Of a DNA stretch of 64,000 nucleotides, positions 1 to 9,880 are shown one piece after another. The position numbers were made by a program, and so were the translations under genes. The stretch is from Rhodothermales bacterium (GTDB lineage: Bacteria; Bacteroidota; Rhodothermia; Rhodothermales; Bin80), in the NCBI GenBank assembly GCA_958296045.1, contig CATQHT010000001.1:885102-949101 (forward strand), given 5' to 3'. Every line of letters begins with the position of its first letter. Positions within the stretch are counted from its first letter, which is position 1. Below the pieces are notes generated by a model, which searched no databases, was not told where the DNA came from, and saw nothing but the letters and a program-made list of their open reading frames with translations.

Positions 1-143
1 AGAGACAGTCCCTCTGGATTGTTACGCGAGGCCACACGGTGGGATTAGCCGACTTGCAACCTCCGCGCGCATCCGGTAGTTTATCCACGGGATCAGCCGG
101 AATCGACCGTCCACAGTTTCGATGGCATAACCAGGAGTTACAT

Positions 144-422
144 ATGACACCGGTTCAGGCCGTTAGAAAAGCTAAGGAGCACATTCTTGAGCTCTTCAAC
201 GATGAATCGATTGCTCAGGTTGGATTGGAGGAGCTGGCTTTCAAGGACGTTGAAGACGTGTGGGAAGTGACAATCGGCTTTCAGCGCCTATGGAAACCCG
301 TTTCACCTCCGCTGCTGAACATAGGCTCCCATTCTTCTAGGAGGACCTACAAGACCGTCTGCATGCGTAACAATGGGGAGGTCATTTCCGTGAGACACCG
401 TGCTATCTCCGTCCCAGCCTGA
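144..422 (+). CDS. hypothetical small protein (92 aa), immediately upstream of a PIN-like ORF
   Basis: ATG at 144 inside ORF 39..422. The composition is protein-like (MTPVQAVRKAKEHILELF...). The stop at 420-422 lies about 25 nt before the PIN-like frame. No family recognised. Confidence 0.35.
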   Translation: MTPVQAVRKAKEHILELFNDESIAQVGLEELAFKDVEDVWEVTIGFQRLWKPVSPPLLNIGSHSSRRTYKTVCMRNNGEVISVRHRAISVPA

Positions 423-447
423 AGGAGATCAGCCACGCGGCGTCTTC

Positions 448-887
448 GTGGATGCCAGCCTATTGGTGCTTCTCGTCGCCGGGAAGCAAGATCCATGCAT
501 CATTGCTAAGCACAAGCGGTTGCGAACATTCCACCCCGAAGATTTCAAAGGGTTTTGGCGATGGTAGAACCGTTCAAGCGTATTCTGGTCACGCCCAACA
601 CGCTCACGGAGGCATCGAATCTTCTAGGGCAGCACCGGGATCCAGAGAAATCCCAACTGCTGGAGACGCTGCGCATCTTTATCGACGAGAGCTGCGAGAT
701 CGTCGTGGCTAGCGCCGAAGCAGCCAAGCACCGGGCCATTGCCCGGCTCGGCCTGACTGATACTGCATTGCTGTGCCGCGTGACACGAAAGACTCCGCTC
801 TTTACTGTAGACTTAGAACTCTACCTTGCCGCATCAATGGTGGATCCGTATTCAGCCATCAACTACCGTCATTTTCAAGATCGGTAA
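448..887 (+). pseudogene. PIN-like domain protein with a broken reading frame
   Basis: The frame from GTG 448 reads VDASLLVLLVAGKQDP..KHKRLRTFHPEDFKG and stops at TAG 565-567. The motif continues in ORF 555..887 (KRILVTPNTLTEASNLL...). The frame switch falls in the aaagggtttt run at 547-556. Confidence 0.45.
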
Positions 888-1207
888 TCTCGCGCTTGGC
901 CCACCCGTGCCAATAGTGTCCCCAATCGCGTATGTCACCTAGTTTCACTTCTTAGCACCCAGTTGTAGCAATCACGCCCGAGCTGCGATCAGGCGAGCTA
1001 CCACCTTCACGAGTTACCGCCGCCTCTCTTACTGACCCCGCGGGCGAAGTAGTAAGGCCGCTTCCCTTAGAACGGAAGGTATGCCGGTGCCAAACCCGGC
1101 GGAATCTCTGCCTGAATATCCGGAAACAAGCGGACCACAAGTGACCGCAAGTAACAGACGATATCCATGATCGACACGGGTTGCCGACTCTTGCGTTAAA
1201 GAGTAGA

Positions 1208-1884
1208 TCAGTCGGCGATCAGGACCCGGTGCATGCCCCGCTTGCCGACCAGTTGGGCGACGACATGCCGGATCTGTACCAGCGAATCTAGCTCTCTAAT
1301 GTTCTGCCGGGAGCGAACGGTTTGACCTAGGTTTCAGGTGCTTCGACGAGAACTGGTGGTAGACACCCTGTGCGGCCTGCTTCAGCATCGACCAGAAGGA
1401 CTCGACACCGTTAGTGAGGGTCACCGCACCTCCGAAGCTGGGCTGTGCTACACCGATTGGTGATCCCTCTGGCTGCCCTTGTAGCGGTAGCGTCATCGGT
1501 AGAGAATGCGGTATTCGCGTCCCTAAGGAGGTCCACGAAGCTCGGTCTGGTCTCTTTGTCCGTCCAGTTGATTACCCGCGCGACCACCTGTCTGGTTTGT
1601 CAGTCCTTCATTCCAACAACCGCGGTCTTCCCTACCGGACCTCGGTCCATGCCCTAGAACCCGTTTCGCATCGCGCCGCTCATGTTCTTCCGCTTATCAC
1701 TTGTAAGGGTCGTCTGCCTATTGGGGAGATATGCGCTACCGATTTCGGCGTACTGGTATTGCCTGCCACGCCAATACCATATTGAATGTCCTCCGATGAG
1801 GCATCGTGAGAGTTCTGACTGAGAACCGCACTGGCGTGCCCTGGAGGCAGCCACAATCTCCATCACAAGATGACTGCGAAGCAC
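1208..1884 (-). pseudogene. IS1595-family (ISXO2-like) transposase remnant
   Basis: Minus-strand fragments lie in different frames. They read GRGPVGKTAVVGMKD*QTRQVVARVINWTDKET (in-frame TGA), NGVESFWSMLKQAAQGVYHQFSSKHL (ORF 1296..1496) and IRELDSLVQIRHVVAQLVGKRGMHRVLIAD* ending at 1208. These are characteristic ISXO2-like motifs. Confidence 0.75.
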
Positions 1885-2063
1885 GCGCTAACCGGCAGCG
1901 TATGCGTCGCGTAATGAATCAAGGATAACTTCGTAGCGCTGCATGGCGACACAGGCATGACGCCCAGAAAGGACTGATTACGGGTGGAATGAATCGAGCG
2001 CTATGGGCATCAAAGAAGCGGAAGTCGGGCAGAGCGCCTGACAGGAATTAAGACTCCAGATCC

Positions 2064-3263
2064 ATGAGAACCAGAATACTTGCCGCCATGGCGGTGAGCC
2101 TACTCCTATTGATGCCCGCCAGCGCCCAGCATCGTGCATCGGAAAACGGTATTGCCCGGCACATCGAAATGATGACCCAGCAGCTTGAACTCTCCCAAGA
2201 GCAGGCAGACAAGATTGCAGAACTCCTAAGAGAGTTCGCGAATTCCGAAGAAGGCGATGCTGCCGCCCTGCATGAAGCGGTCAGCCAAGTGCTGACACCC
2301 AAGCAGCGTGAAAGGATACAGGATCATCCGATCACCATGGCGAACCGTTTCCGGTCGAGTCCTACCCCTCGGGACGCATCTGCGCGAGCCTCTCGTGCAC
2401 GCCGGGCGCGAGCTGCGTCGCGGGCGCCGCAAGCCCCAACGCTGGCGTTAGTCGCACTGACTCGTGCTTTGGACCTCACCGAGGAGCAACAAGAGCAGCT
2501 CAAAGAGGCGCAGACCGGCATCCAGCAGGCTGCTGAAGAGCAGATGGCTGCCGTGGAGCAAGTGCTCAGAGACGTGCTGACACTGGAGCAATACCAGCGG
2601 ATGATGGAATTACGCGAACGAAGGACATCTCGCAGCCAGAACGTTCGCAGCGAGCACAGCAACAGGTTCCGTCGTTCGCGGGGCCGGATGGCGCCGGCGC
2701 GCCATCGCATGACGCGCAGGGGGCAGGCAACGCAGCGCTGGCATCGCAACAATAGGCAGGTCGGAAGGCGACAAGCCACCATGCCGATGGGACGGATGAG
2801 TGCTGCGCAGCGCGAGGCCTTGGAGGTGGTTCGTCGCGCAATGGAAGCCAAGCGCCGTGCCTTTGCGCAGGACAACCCCGAGGCTTCGGCCGAAGATAAG
2901 CGCGCCTTTGCTGCTAATCAGCGAGAGACCTTCGCAGCCGCGATGGACTCCGTACTTACCGTGGAGCAGCGGTTGCGCATGGTGATGCAGCATGTGGATC
3001 GTCACGCAGAATCCAGGTCCCGGCTGGGGCTCATTGAAGCGCAGAAAGCCCAACTCGAGGCGGTGCTGGCCGAGCATGGGGAGTCGGCTCGGGCATGGCG
3101 TCAGGCCAACCCCGATGCCACGCCGGCGGCCCGCATGCAACACGCGCAGACCCAGATCGAATCGCTACACAACGCGCTTAAAGAGGTGCTTTCCGAAGAG
3201 CAGTATCGGCGATTGAGCCGTGATTCCGCTCCTCGCCCGCGGCGCAGCCGTCGCATCCGGTAG
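2064..3263 (+). CDS. secreted repeat protein with LTxxQ-like motifs (Spy/CpxP-like), very Arg-rich
   Basis: Signal peptide MRTRILAAMAVSLLLLMPASAQ. Motifs recur: VLTPKQRERI, DLTEEQQEQL, VLTLEQYQRM, VLTVEQRLRM, LIEAQKAQL, VLSEEQYRRL. Long Arg-rich linkers separate them. Confidence 0.45.
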   Translation: MRTRILAAMAVSLLLLMPASAQHRASENGIARHIEMMTQQLELSQEQADKIAELLREFANSEEGDAAALHEAVSQVLTPKQRERIQDHPITMANRFRSSPTPRDASARASRARRARAASRAPQAPTLALVALTRALDLTEEQQEQLKEAQTGIQQAAEEQMAAVEQVLRDVLTLEQYQRMMELRERRTSRSQNVRSEHSNRFRRSRGRMAPARHRMTRRGQATQRWHRNNRQVGRRQATMPMGRMSAAQREALEVVRRAMEAKRRAFAQDNPEASAEDKRAFAANQRETFAAAMDSVLTVEQRLRMVMQHVDRHAESRSRLGLIEAQKAQLEAVLAEHGESARAWRQANPDATPAARMQHAQTQIESLHNALKEVLSEEQYRRLSRDSAPRPRRSRRIR

Positions 3264-3299
3264 ATGCAACCGTCTGATCACCTCTAAACAGCCTCTCCC

Positions 3300-6155
3300 A
3301 TGAAAGCTGTGCTCTCCGCTCTGGCCTGCCTGATGGTTTTCCAAGCCTTTGGACAAGAGAGGGAATCCGTGACGATTGCAGGTACCGTCATATCCGCTGC
3401 AGACAGCGCCGCCCTGCAAGGCGTCAATGTGGTGCTGCTGCAAGGAGGCGTGGCTGCTCCGCTCTATGGTGAAGCCACCAGCCTGACCGGTACCTTCCAG
3501 ATAGAGGCGGCAGCGCGCAGCACCTACGTCATGAGGCTCTCCTTTGTCGGTTACACTACCGTCGAGCGGAGACTCCGCATTGGTACCCAAGACCTTGACC
3601 TCGGGCGTATCGTGATGGTGGAATCCCCGGTGGAGTCCGACGAAGTCGTCGTCATTGGCGAGCAGGAGCCCGTCATGATGCGCGGGGACACCACGGTATT
3701 CAATGCTGACGCTTACAAAGTCAACCCCGATGCGGATGCAGAAGACCTGGTGCGGAAACTTCCCGGTGTTACCGTGGAAGAAGGCGAGGTGCAGGCGCAG
3801 GGTGAAGCGGTGCGCCGCGTACTCCTGGACGGACGTGAGTTCTTCGGGCAGGACCCTACCTTAGCACTGCGCAATATGCCTGCGGAAGTCGTCAAAGAGA
3901 TAGAGGTGTATGACCGCCTCAGCGATCAGGCCCAGTTTACCGGGTTCAATGATGGTAACACTGAAAAGACGGTCAATATCGTTACGCGGCCCGGCATGCG
4001 CGTAGGCCAGTTCGGCAGGCTGCACGGGGGCTATGGCACAGAGTCACGGTACATCGGCGGAGGCAGTGTTAACATCTTTGACGATGAGCGGAGGATTTCG
4101 CTTATCGGATTTAGCAACAACGTTAATCAGCAGAATTTCGCTTCTGAGGATCTGCTTGGCGTCCTTAACACCGCTAGCCGACGGCGCGGTGGGGGCGGTG
4201 GCCGTTTGGGCGACGGACGCGGGCGTGGCCGTGACCAACGCGGAGGCGGAGGCGCGGGGGGAGGCCGCGGAGGCGGATTCAACCGGATGAGCTCCAATCC
4301 GTCTAACTTCCTGGTCGGGCAGCAGCCCGGCGTGAGCACCACCAGCGCCTTGGGCATGAACTACTCTGACCAGTGGGGAGATAAAGTCCAGGTGTCGTCC
4401 AGCTACTTTTTTAATGCCAGCGGCAACACAGCCGATGTATTTCTGGATCGTGAATACGTGCTCGCCGACGCACGGTCGCAGCTCTACAATGAGTCGAACC
4501 TGTCCGAAAGTGATAACCGGAACCACCGGTTCAATATGCGCATGACGTATACCATCGATGAGCGCAACTCCATCATATTCACGCCGCGCGTGAGCTTCCA
4601 AGACAATACCTCCTCTAGCATATTAAGCGGCGTTAACAGTATGCCATCGGGGATGCTGCTCAGCAGGACATCGAACGACTACCGCAGCTCTAACCTGGGC
4701 TACACGTCGAGCGCAAACCTTCTGTTCCGGCACCGACTGGCCAAACCGGGCAGAACGCTCTCTGCCAATCTGGGTCTTGGATTCAATGATCGGTGGGGTG
4801 ACACCAAGCAGCAGTCCGCGAGCGACTTCTTTGACGGGCGCAGCCTTGTTCCCGATTCCACGCTAGCATATGATCAGCGCATTGATTCCGATACCGGGGG
4901 GCGGTCTCTGTCGATGGTGCTGTCCTATACCGAGCCCTTGGGATCCATCGGGTTGCTGGAATTTAGCTACAGACCGTCGCTATCTACTAACCAGTCCGAC
5001 CGGCTTGCCAATGCACTGGATTCGGCTGGCACCTATTCGGTGCTCGACACCGCCTTTTCCAACGTGTTCAGCAACGATGTGATGCGTCAAAGCGGCGGCA
5101 TGAGTCTTCGGGGGCGCGGGGCAAAGCTGTCTGGCGCCATTGGGTTCCAGGTACAGTCGGAGCGTCTGCAGGGCAACGCCACGTTTCCATATGCACTGGC
5201 CGTAGACCGGACTTTTACCAATATCCTTCCGTACGCAATGGCCAACTACCGCTTTGCACGCACCAGCAGTCTGCGACTATTCTATCGCACCAGCACCGGG
5301 ACTCCCTCCATCAACCAGCTCCAGGAGGTGGTAGACAACACGAACCCGCTGCAGCTTACAAGCGGCAACCCGCACCTGAAACCCAGCTACCGATACACCC
5401 TAGTTGCGCGATACAACCATGCAAGGGGTGGGCGCACCGTGATGGGCATGGCAAGTGTGTCCCGGACCGATGACTATATCGGCAATGCCACCTTTTTCGC
5501 TCAGGCGGACACCATGCTGCGGCCTAACGTGCTCCTGTTGCAGGGAGCACAGTTTTCGCAGCCGGAAAATTTAGGCAGCCAGTGGAACGTGCGATCCTTC
5601 GTGACGCTTGGTGTTCCCGTCTGGAAGACCAGCCTAAACCTCAATGGTCGATTCAACTACACCCGAACCCCTGGCATCATCGACGGAGAAAGCAACACGG
5701 CCATCGTGCAAGGCCTCAGCGGCGGTGCCGTACTGAGCAGCAACATAAGCCCTAGGGTGGACTTTACCCTTTCGTACAGCGGTACCTGGTCGCAGATACA
5801 CAACAGCCTTTACCCAGAGTTGGACAACAATTACGTAACGCACAACGCAGGTGCACGGCTGTACCTGATGCCGCTGCCACGGATAGTGATTGATGCTAAC
5901 CTCGCGATGCTGATGTACCAGGGGCTGGGTGACAGCTTCGATCAGAAGAGCACGCTGCTTAACGTCGGAGTGGGCTACAAGCTGCTCAAAGACCGGTCGG
6001 TAGAGGTCAAGCTCATGGTAGCCGATGTGCTGAACCAGAATAGCGCGGTCAGCCGCTCGGTGATGGACGTCTACACAGAAGACAGTCAGACAGATACGTT
6101 GGGCCGGTATATTATGCTCAACCTTTCGTACAGGCTGCGCAACTTCCGCATCTAG
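3300..6155 (+). CDS. outer-membrane beta-barrel receptor with N-terminal CarboxypepD_reg-like domain and plug-like region
   Basis: Signal peptide, then VTIAGTVISAADSAALQGVNVVLL (carboxypeptidase-regulatory-like). A plug-like stretch reads VTVEEGEVQAQGEAVRRVLLDGREF. A long beta-strand-rich C-terminus ends in ..LSYRLRNFRI. A Gly/Arg low-complexity insert lies at about 4175-4285. Confidence 0.75.
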   Translation: MKAVLSALACLMVFQAFGQERESVTIAGTVISAADSAALQGVNVVLLQGGVAAPLYGEATSLTGTFQIEAAARSTYVMRLSFVGYTTVERRLRIGTQDLDLGRIVMVESPVESDEVVVIGEQEPVMMRGDTTVFNADAYKVNPDADAEDLVRKLPGVTVEEGEVQAQGEAVRRVLLDGREFFGQDPTLALRNMPAEVVKEIEVYDRLSDQAQFTGFNDGNTEKTVNIVTRPGMRVGQFGRLHGGYGTESRYIGGGSVNIFDDERRISLIGFSNNVNQQNFASEDLLGVLNTASRRRGGGGGRLGDGRGRGRDQRGGGGAGGGRGGGFNRMSSNPSNFLVGQQPGVSTTSALGMNYSDQWGDKVQVSSSYFFNASGNTADVFLDREYVLADARSQLYNESNLSESDNRNHRFNMRMTYTIDERNSIIFTPRVSFQDNTSSSILSGVNSMPSGMLLSRTSNDYRSSNLGYTSSANLLFRHRLAKPGRTLSANLGLGFNDRWGDTKQQSASDFFDGRSLVPDSTLAYDQRIDSDTGGRSLSMVLSYTEPLGSIGLLEFSYRPSLSTNQSDRLANALDSAGTYSVLDTAFSNVFSNDVMRQSGGMSLRGRGAKLSGAIGFQVQSERLQGNATFPYALAVDRTFTNILPYAMANYRFARTSSLRLFYRTSTGTPSINQLQEVVDNTNPLQLTSGNPHLKPSYRYTLVARYNHARGGRTVMGMASVSRTDDYIGNATFFAQADTMLRPNVLLLQGAQFSQPENLGSQWNVRSFVTLGVPVWKTSLNLNGRFNYTRTPGIIDGESNTAIVQGLSGGAVLSSNISPRVDFTLSYSGTWSQIHNSLYPELDNNYVTHNAGARLYLMPLPRIVIDANLAMLMYQGLGDSFDQKSTLLNVGVGYKLLKDRSVEVKLMVADVLNQNSAVSRSVMDVYTEDSQTDTLGRYIMLNLSYRLRNFRI

Positions 6156-6184
6156 TTCAGTCCAACCCTTGCCCTGCTAACACC

Positions 6185-7006
6185 ATGCGCCTTTTTGTCC
6201 TCTTGACTGTCCTTACAGTCGCCGGATGCTCGTCGACGCAAGCCTTGGTAAGCCGGGCGCCACAGACCGACGTTACCATTGACGCGCAGGTTGCCGACTG
6301 GGCCGGTGCGCTAAGCCCCGTGGAGGGTAAGGACTTTTCGCTCGGTGTCCTAAACGACGCAGACCATCTGTATGTGGCGCTTGTGACGCAGAGTCCTCAG
6401 GTGATCCGCCAGATCGTAATGCGGGGTCTCACGTTCTGGATTGACCCAGCGGGCGGCAAAGATAAGGCGGTAGGATTGCGCTTTCCGACCGGAATGGCCG
6501 CACCGGGTGCGGCGCTTGGCGAGATATCCGGCGCCGAAGCGGGTCGAAGACAAGACCGGATCCAACGGGCACTGGAGCGCGCCACAAGTCACTTTGAAAT
6601 CGTGCGCGGTGAAGACGAAACGTGGCGGCATCCGGCTGGCAGCGTCCCTGCTATCGGCACTAGCGCGGGTCTGAAATACGGTGCGCTCACGCTGGAGGTG
6701 CGCATCCCGATTGGTGACGACACCCACTTTGACCTTGGCGCGCCCATCGGCAGCAGCATCGGGCTGGGCCTAGAAACCCCGCCCTTCGGATTTTATGATC
6801 TGCAGCAGGGCCTGGGTGATGCCGGGGGCGCCGTAGGCCGCGGGCGCCGCGGCGGCGGTGTGGGCGGTGGAGGATTCGACGGAGGCGGTCGTGGCGGATT
6901 GGGAGGTGGCCCGCCAGCCGGTGTTGGTCAGCGTGCACGCGAAGGTGTGGGCGGTCCGCAGCCCGAGCCACTCAAGCTGTGGACCAAGGTGACGTTGGCG
7001 CAATAG
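6185..7006 (+). CDS. lipoprotein with Gly/Arg-rich C-terminal tail
   Basis: Lipobox LTVAGC|SS at the N-terminus. It lies 30 nt downstream of the barrel gene. The tail reads GRGRRGGGVGGGGFDGGGRGGLGGG. Confidence 0.6.
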   Translation: MRLFVLLTVLTVAGCSSTQALVSRAPQTDVTIDAQVADWAGALSPVEGKDFSLGVLNDADHLYVALVTQSPQVIRQIVMRGLTFWIDPAGGKDKAVGLRFPTGMAAPGAALGEISGAEAGRRQDRIQRALERATSHFEIVRGEDETWRHPAGSVPAIGTSAGLKYGALTLEVRIPIGDDTHFDLGAPIGSSIGLGLETPPFGFYDLQQGLGDAGGAVGRGRRGGGVGGGGFDGGGRGGLGGGPPAGVGQRAREGVGGPQPEPLKLWTKVTLAQ

Positions 7007-7009
7007 GCG

Positions 7010-7696
7010 CTACAGCTGTTCCAGCGCCCATGCGGCCGCAGCGCCAATCACGTTCCGCGGTGATGAGATGTTACGGGCTGCCTCCAGGAAGCGCCGCAGA
7101 TGAGGAGCACCTGTCCTGGCAAGACTGCGCAGCGCCTCAGCGCGAGCTACGTAGCTGTCATCACGCGCAAAGCGCTCCTTGAAAAACTCGGCCAGCGCAA
7201 CGTCCTGGCTGGCGCCGAGGCTGCGGAGCGCCGCTGCGCGAACGCGAGAATGCACATCCAGGCAGCGCTCCTTGAGAAAAGCGACCGAAGCCTCTGAACC
7301 AAGCGCGGTGATGCTCGTTGCCCGGACATACCAGAACGGATCGTCACGCGCGCTTTCCATGAGCGAGGTCCGCGCAGAAGGCTGCGCGGCGTGCGCGGCC
7401 AGCATCCCTGCTGCACGCGCCCTGCCCATCGCGTTGTCGTGTGTGAGCTGGTACTGCAGCTCAGAGCGCGACTTCGTGTGCACCCATTCGGCCAAAAGCA
7501 CATCGTTTTCGTCGAATCGAACCATCAGGGGGGCTCCTGGCAGGGCGAATGAGAATGAGTCGGTGCGCGCGGTGAGCCAGACCTCTTCGCGCTGAACGCT
7601 GTTGCCAGCTGTCTCTATCCGCAGCGTGACCGGCATTCGATACGCTGCCAGCGTGCCACCAGTCGTGTCCTGTACTTGAGCAACATGGACGGTCAC
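7010..7696 (-). CDS. M1-family aminopeptidase, exon 2 (C-terminal 228 aa, HEAT-like repeats)
   Basis: It begins VTVHVAQVQDTTGG..PVTLRIETAGN.. directly after the intron 3' end and is in frame with exon 1. The part of track ORF 7010..7957 upstream of 7696 reads through intron RNA. Confidence 0.85.
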   Translation of the reverse strand: MTVHVAQVQDTTGGTLAAYRMPVTLRIETAGNSVQREEVWLTARTDSFSFALPGAPLMVRFDENDVLLAEWVHTKSRSELQYQLTHDNAMGRARAAGMLAAHAAQPSARTSLMESARDDPFWYVRATSITALGSEASVAFLKERCLDVHSRVRAAALRSLGASQDVALAEFFKERFARDDSYVARAEALRSLARTGAPHLRRFLEAARNISSPRNVIGAAAAWALEQL

Positions 7697-8401
7697 ATCG
7701 CGGTAGCCCCAGGGTTTCCCCTGGGGCCCCGCACAGATCCGTGCGTGCGCGTTAACGCACACGGCTCTTCCCGCAGGTCGCGCTCCCGCGCATGACGTTA
7801 GGAAGTGGGGATACCCACCTCCAGCCGTAAGCGGTACACCTGCGCCCCGACTGTGGCACTGAGTCCACAGCTCTTGGACAGATTCACGTAATCCGGCCCA
7901 GAGTCCGGCATGAATCCAGCTTTCCGCTTTCCCCTTGGGTGCGACCCTTGGCTCCACCGGCTCCGCCCCGTGGTCATCAACGCGTTGTTCGCTGGCTTCA
8001 TAGCTACTATGGTCGCATCTGACTTCTCTCCACCGTACATCCTCCGATCGGCATTTAGCCTACGCTTTGGCGACCCTCCCCGAAGGGATGGGTAGTGGAG
8101 AGACCTCCCAGGTCCCGATGCAGTACGTACGTGCGTGCCTGGGTTCTTGGACACCGCGGGACCCTCCTCCGCCTCACCATTAACGGCAAAGAAGGTGTTG
8201 CCTTCGACCACGAAGAAACCCTCGGCGTCCCGGACGATGACATTTTCGGTGCTCATTAGCCCTGCCCACCCGCACCTCTACCGACGCTTCGCCTGCACCC
8301 TCGCGGGTACCAACGCACGGCTCGAGGACATGCGTGGATGGTTAGTCCTTCACATCGGGAGACTTTCACTCCCTGTACTGGCACCAGTTAGCCTGGCGCA
8401 C
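7697..8401 (-). ncRNA. ORF-less group II intron, copy 1 (705 nt), inside the aminopeptidase gene in sense orientation
   Basis: The minus-strand RNA starts GUGCGCC (complement of 8395-8401). A domain V-like hairpin lies at 7737-7767 (AGC triad, 2-nt CG bulge, tetraloop). A domain VI hairpin has a bulged A (complement of 7704) 7 nt from the 3' end ...CUACCGCGAU. There is no RT-like ORF. Excising it joins the flanks in frame. Confidence 0.85.
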
Positions 8402-9880
8402 CTCCATCTGCGCCTCATCCCAGATACTGGATACATCAAGCACAGGGTGGCCAGACCGGTATATCCACTGCTCGAAGAACCAGTCCAGGTCCTGTCCGGT
8501 AGCCTCCTGTACGGCCGTCATCAGGTCTGACGTGGCTACAGGCTCAAAGGCATGCTTCGATAGAAAGTGCTGCATGGTGCGCTCCCAGTGCGCATCCCCC
8601 AACAGATCGGTGAGCATGGCCAAAATTGCGGCCCCTTTCTGGTAGGTGTGCCGGTCAAAGTTCTGACTGGGAAACTCCCATCGGCGAAATACTACCGGAC
8701 GTCGGTACCGGCTGGCAGCTTCCGCAAAGTAGGCCTCCTTCTTGCGCAACAGGTTGAGCGCTCCCTCGTCGGGGCCATGCGCGTGCGCAGCCCACCGGTA
8801 CTCGCTGTAGGTCGCGAAGCTCTCGCTCAGCCAAGTGTCTGACCAGTGGCGATAGGAAACCAGATTCCCCCACCACTGGTGTGCGGCTTCATGCGCTACC
8901 AGCCAGTCGCTCGGGAAGTCCTGATGGGCAGCTTCATCATGGATGGTGGAGTGGCCGAGCACAGTGGCGGTAGTGCTTTCTGCGCCGCCGCCGATGCCAG
9001 GGATGGTGATCTGGTCGTACTTGACCCAAGGGTACGGCGTACTATACAGGTCAGTCAGGTACTGAAGGATTTCCGGTGTGCGCTCAAAAGATCGCATGGC
9101 ATCGTCCACGTCCTGCGGATACACCCAGTAGTTGACAGGAAGGCTTCCTAGTGAGTCCTTGAGCACGACGTACGGCCCGGCGACCATGACGTAGAGGTAG
9201 GTGGGGTGTGGCAATTGCTGGATCCAGTGAAAGGTGTGTTCCCCATTGCCATGGTCGGTCACGGACGCGAGGCGTCCGTTGGATAGCACCTGGTAGTCTT
9301 TTCGGACAGTCACCAATGTCTCGTTGGTGGCCCTGTCCTGCGGGTGGTCGTTGCAGGGCATCCAGTGCCGGGCGCCTTCAGGAAAGGACAGTGTGTTGAT
9401 CAGCTGTGGGTTCTCGTCTGTGGGCTGCTTAAAGCCAAGGCCCAGGTCGTAGGACGCAGGCATTCCGTAGGCTGTTGCATCTACATCCACATCCTCAGCG
9501 TAGTAAGTCACCGCAAAGTGGATGGTATCGCCGCGCGCCGCAGGTTCTTTTAGCGTGATCCGCAGCTGGCGCGGATCCTGGGTGAAGGTAAGTGCATGGT
9601 TGTGTGCGTCTATAGCGGCGGTGGCGACGAAGGTCTCGGCATCGAGCACTATTGTGGTCAGGTTATCTTCAAGCGACCGCAGCGAGATCACGTTGGACCC
9701 GTAGAACGAGCGTGCGGGTTCGTCAAAACGCAGGGTGACGCGGTAATGCAATGCGTCGTACGGACGGACAGGTTCTGCCTGGAGCGGGCGGCTATAGATG
9801 TCGGAGCGCTGCGCTTGGACGGTAGCTGGGGCAGCTCCGATCCACAGCGCAGCAAATAGGATTGTAATAGATTGTTTCAT
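8402..9880 (-). CDS. M1-family aminopeptidase, exon 1 (N-terminal 493 aa)
   Basis: Signal peptide; GGAESTT (GAMEN-like) motif; zinc motif HEAAHQWWGNLVSYRHWSDTWLSESFATY (HExxH-18-E). The exon ends ..IWDEAQME at 8402. Track ORF 8366..9880 runs 12 codons into the intron. Confidence 0.9.

Noticed and set aside
950-1200. A possible riboswitch (cobalamin-like AAGGGAAG/GGTG words on the minus strand)
   Set aside because: Only short word matches are present. There is no B12 box (GCCACTG) and no downstream regulated gene. The region is more likely the end of the IS1595 remnant.
7697-7957. The N-terminal 87 codons of track ORF 7010..7957 (MEPRVAPKGKAESWIHAGLWAG...), which recur in ORF 46596..47867
   Set aside because: The shared peptide is a translation of the 3' part of the group II intron read into the downstream exon in both loci. 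It stops being similar exactly at the intron 3' end, so it is not a protein domain.
7798-8256. An ORF starting MSTENVIVRDAE.., conserved between the two intron copies (also at 46321..46629), as a possible intron-encoded protein
   Set aside because: It has no RT or maturase motifs. Its lengths differ (152 vs 102 aa) because a stop appears in copy 2. Most differences between the copies are non-synonymous. It is better explained as a chance frame in structured RNA.
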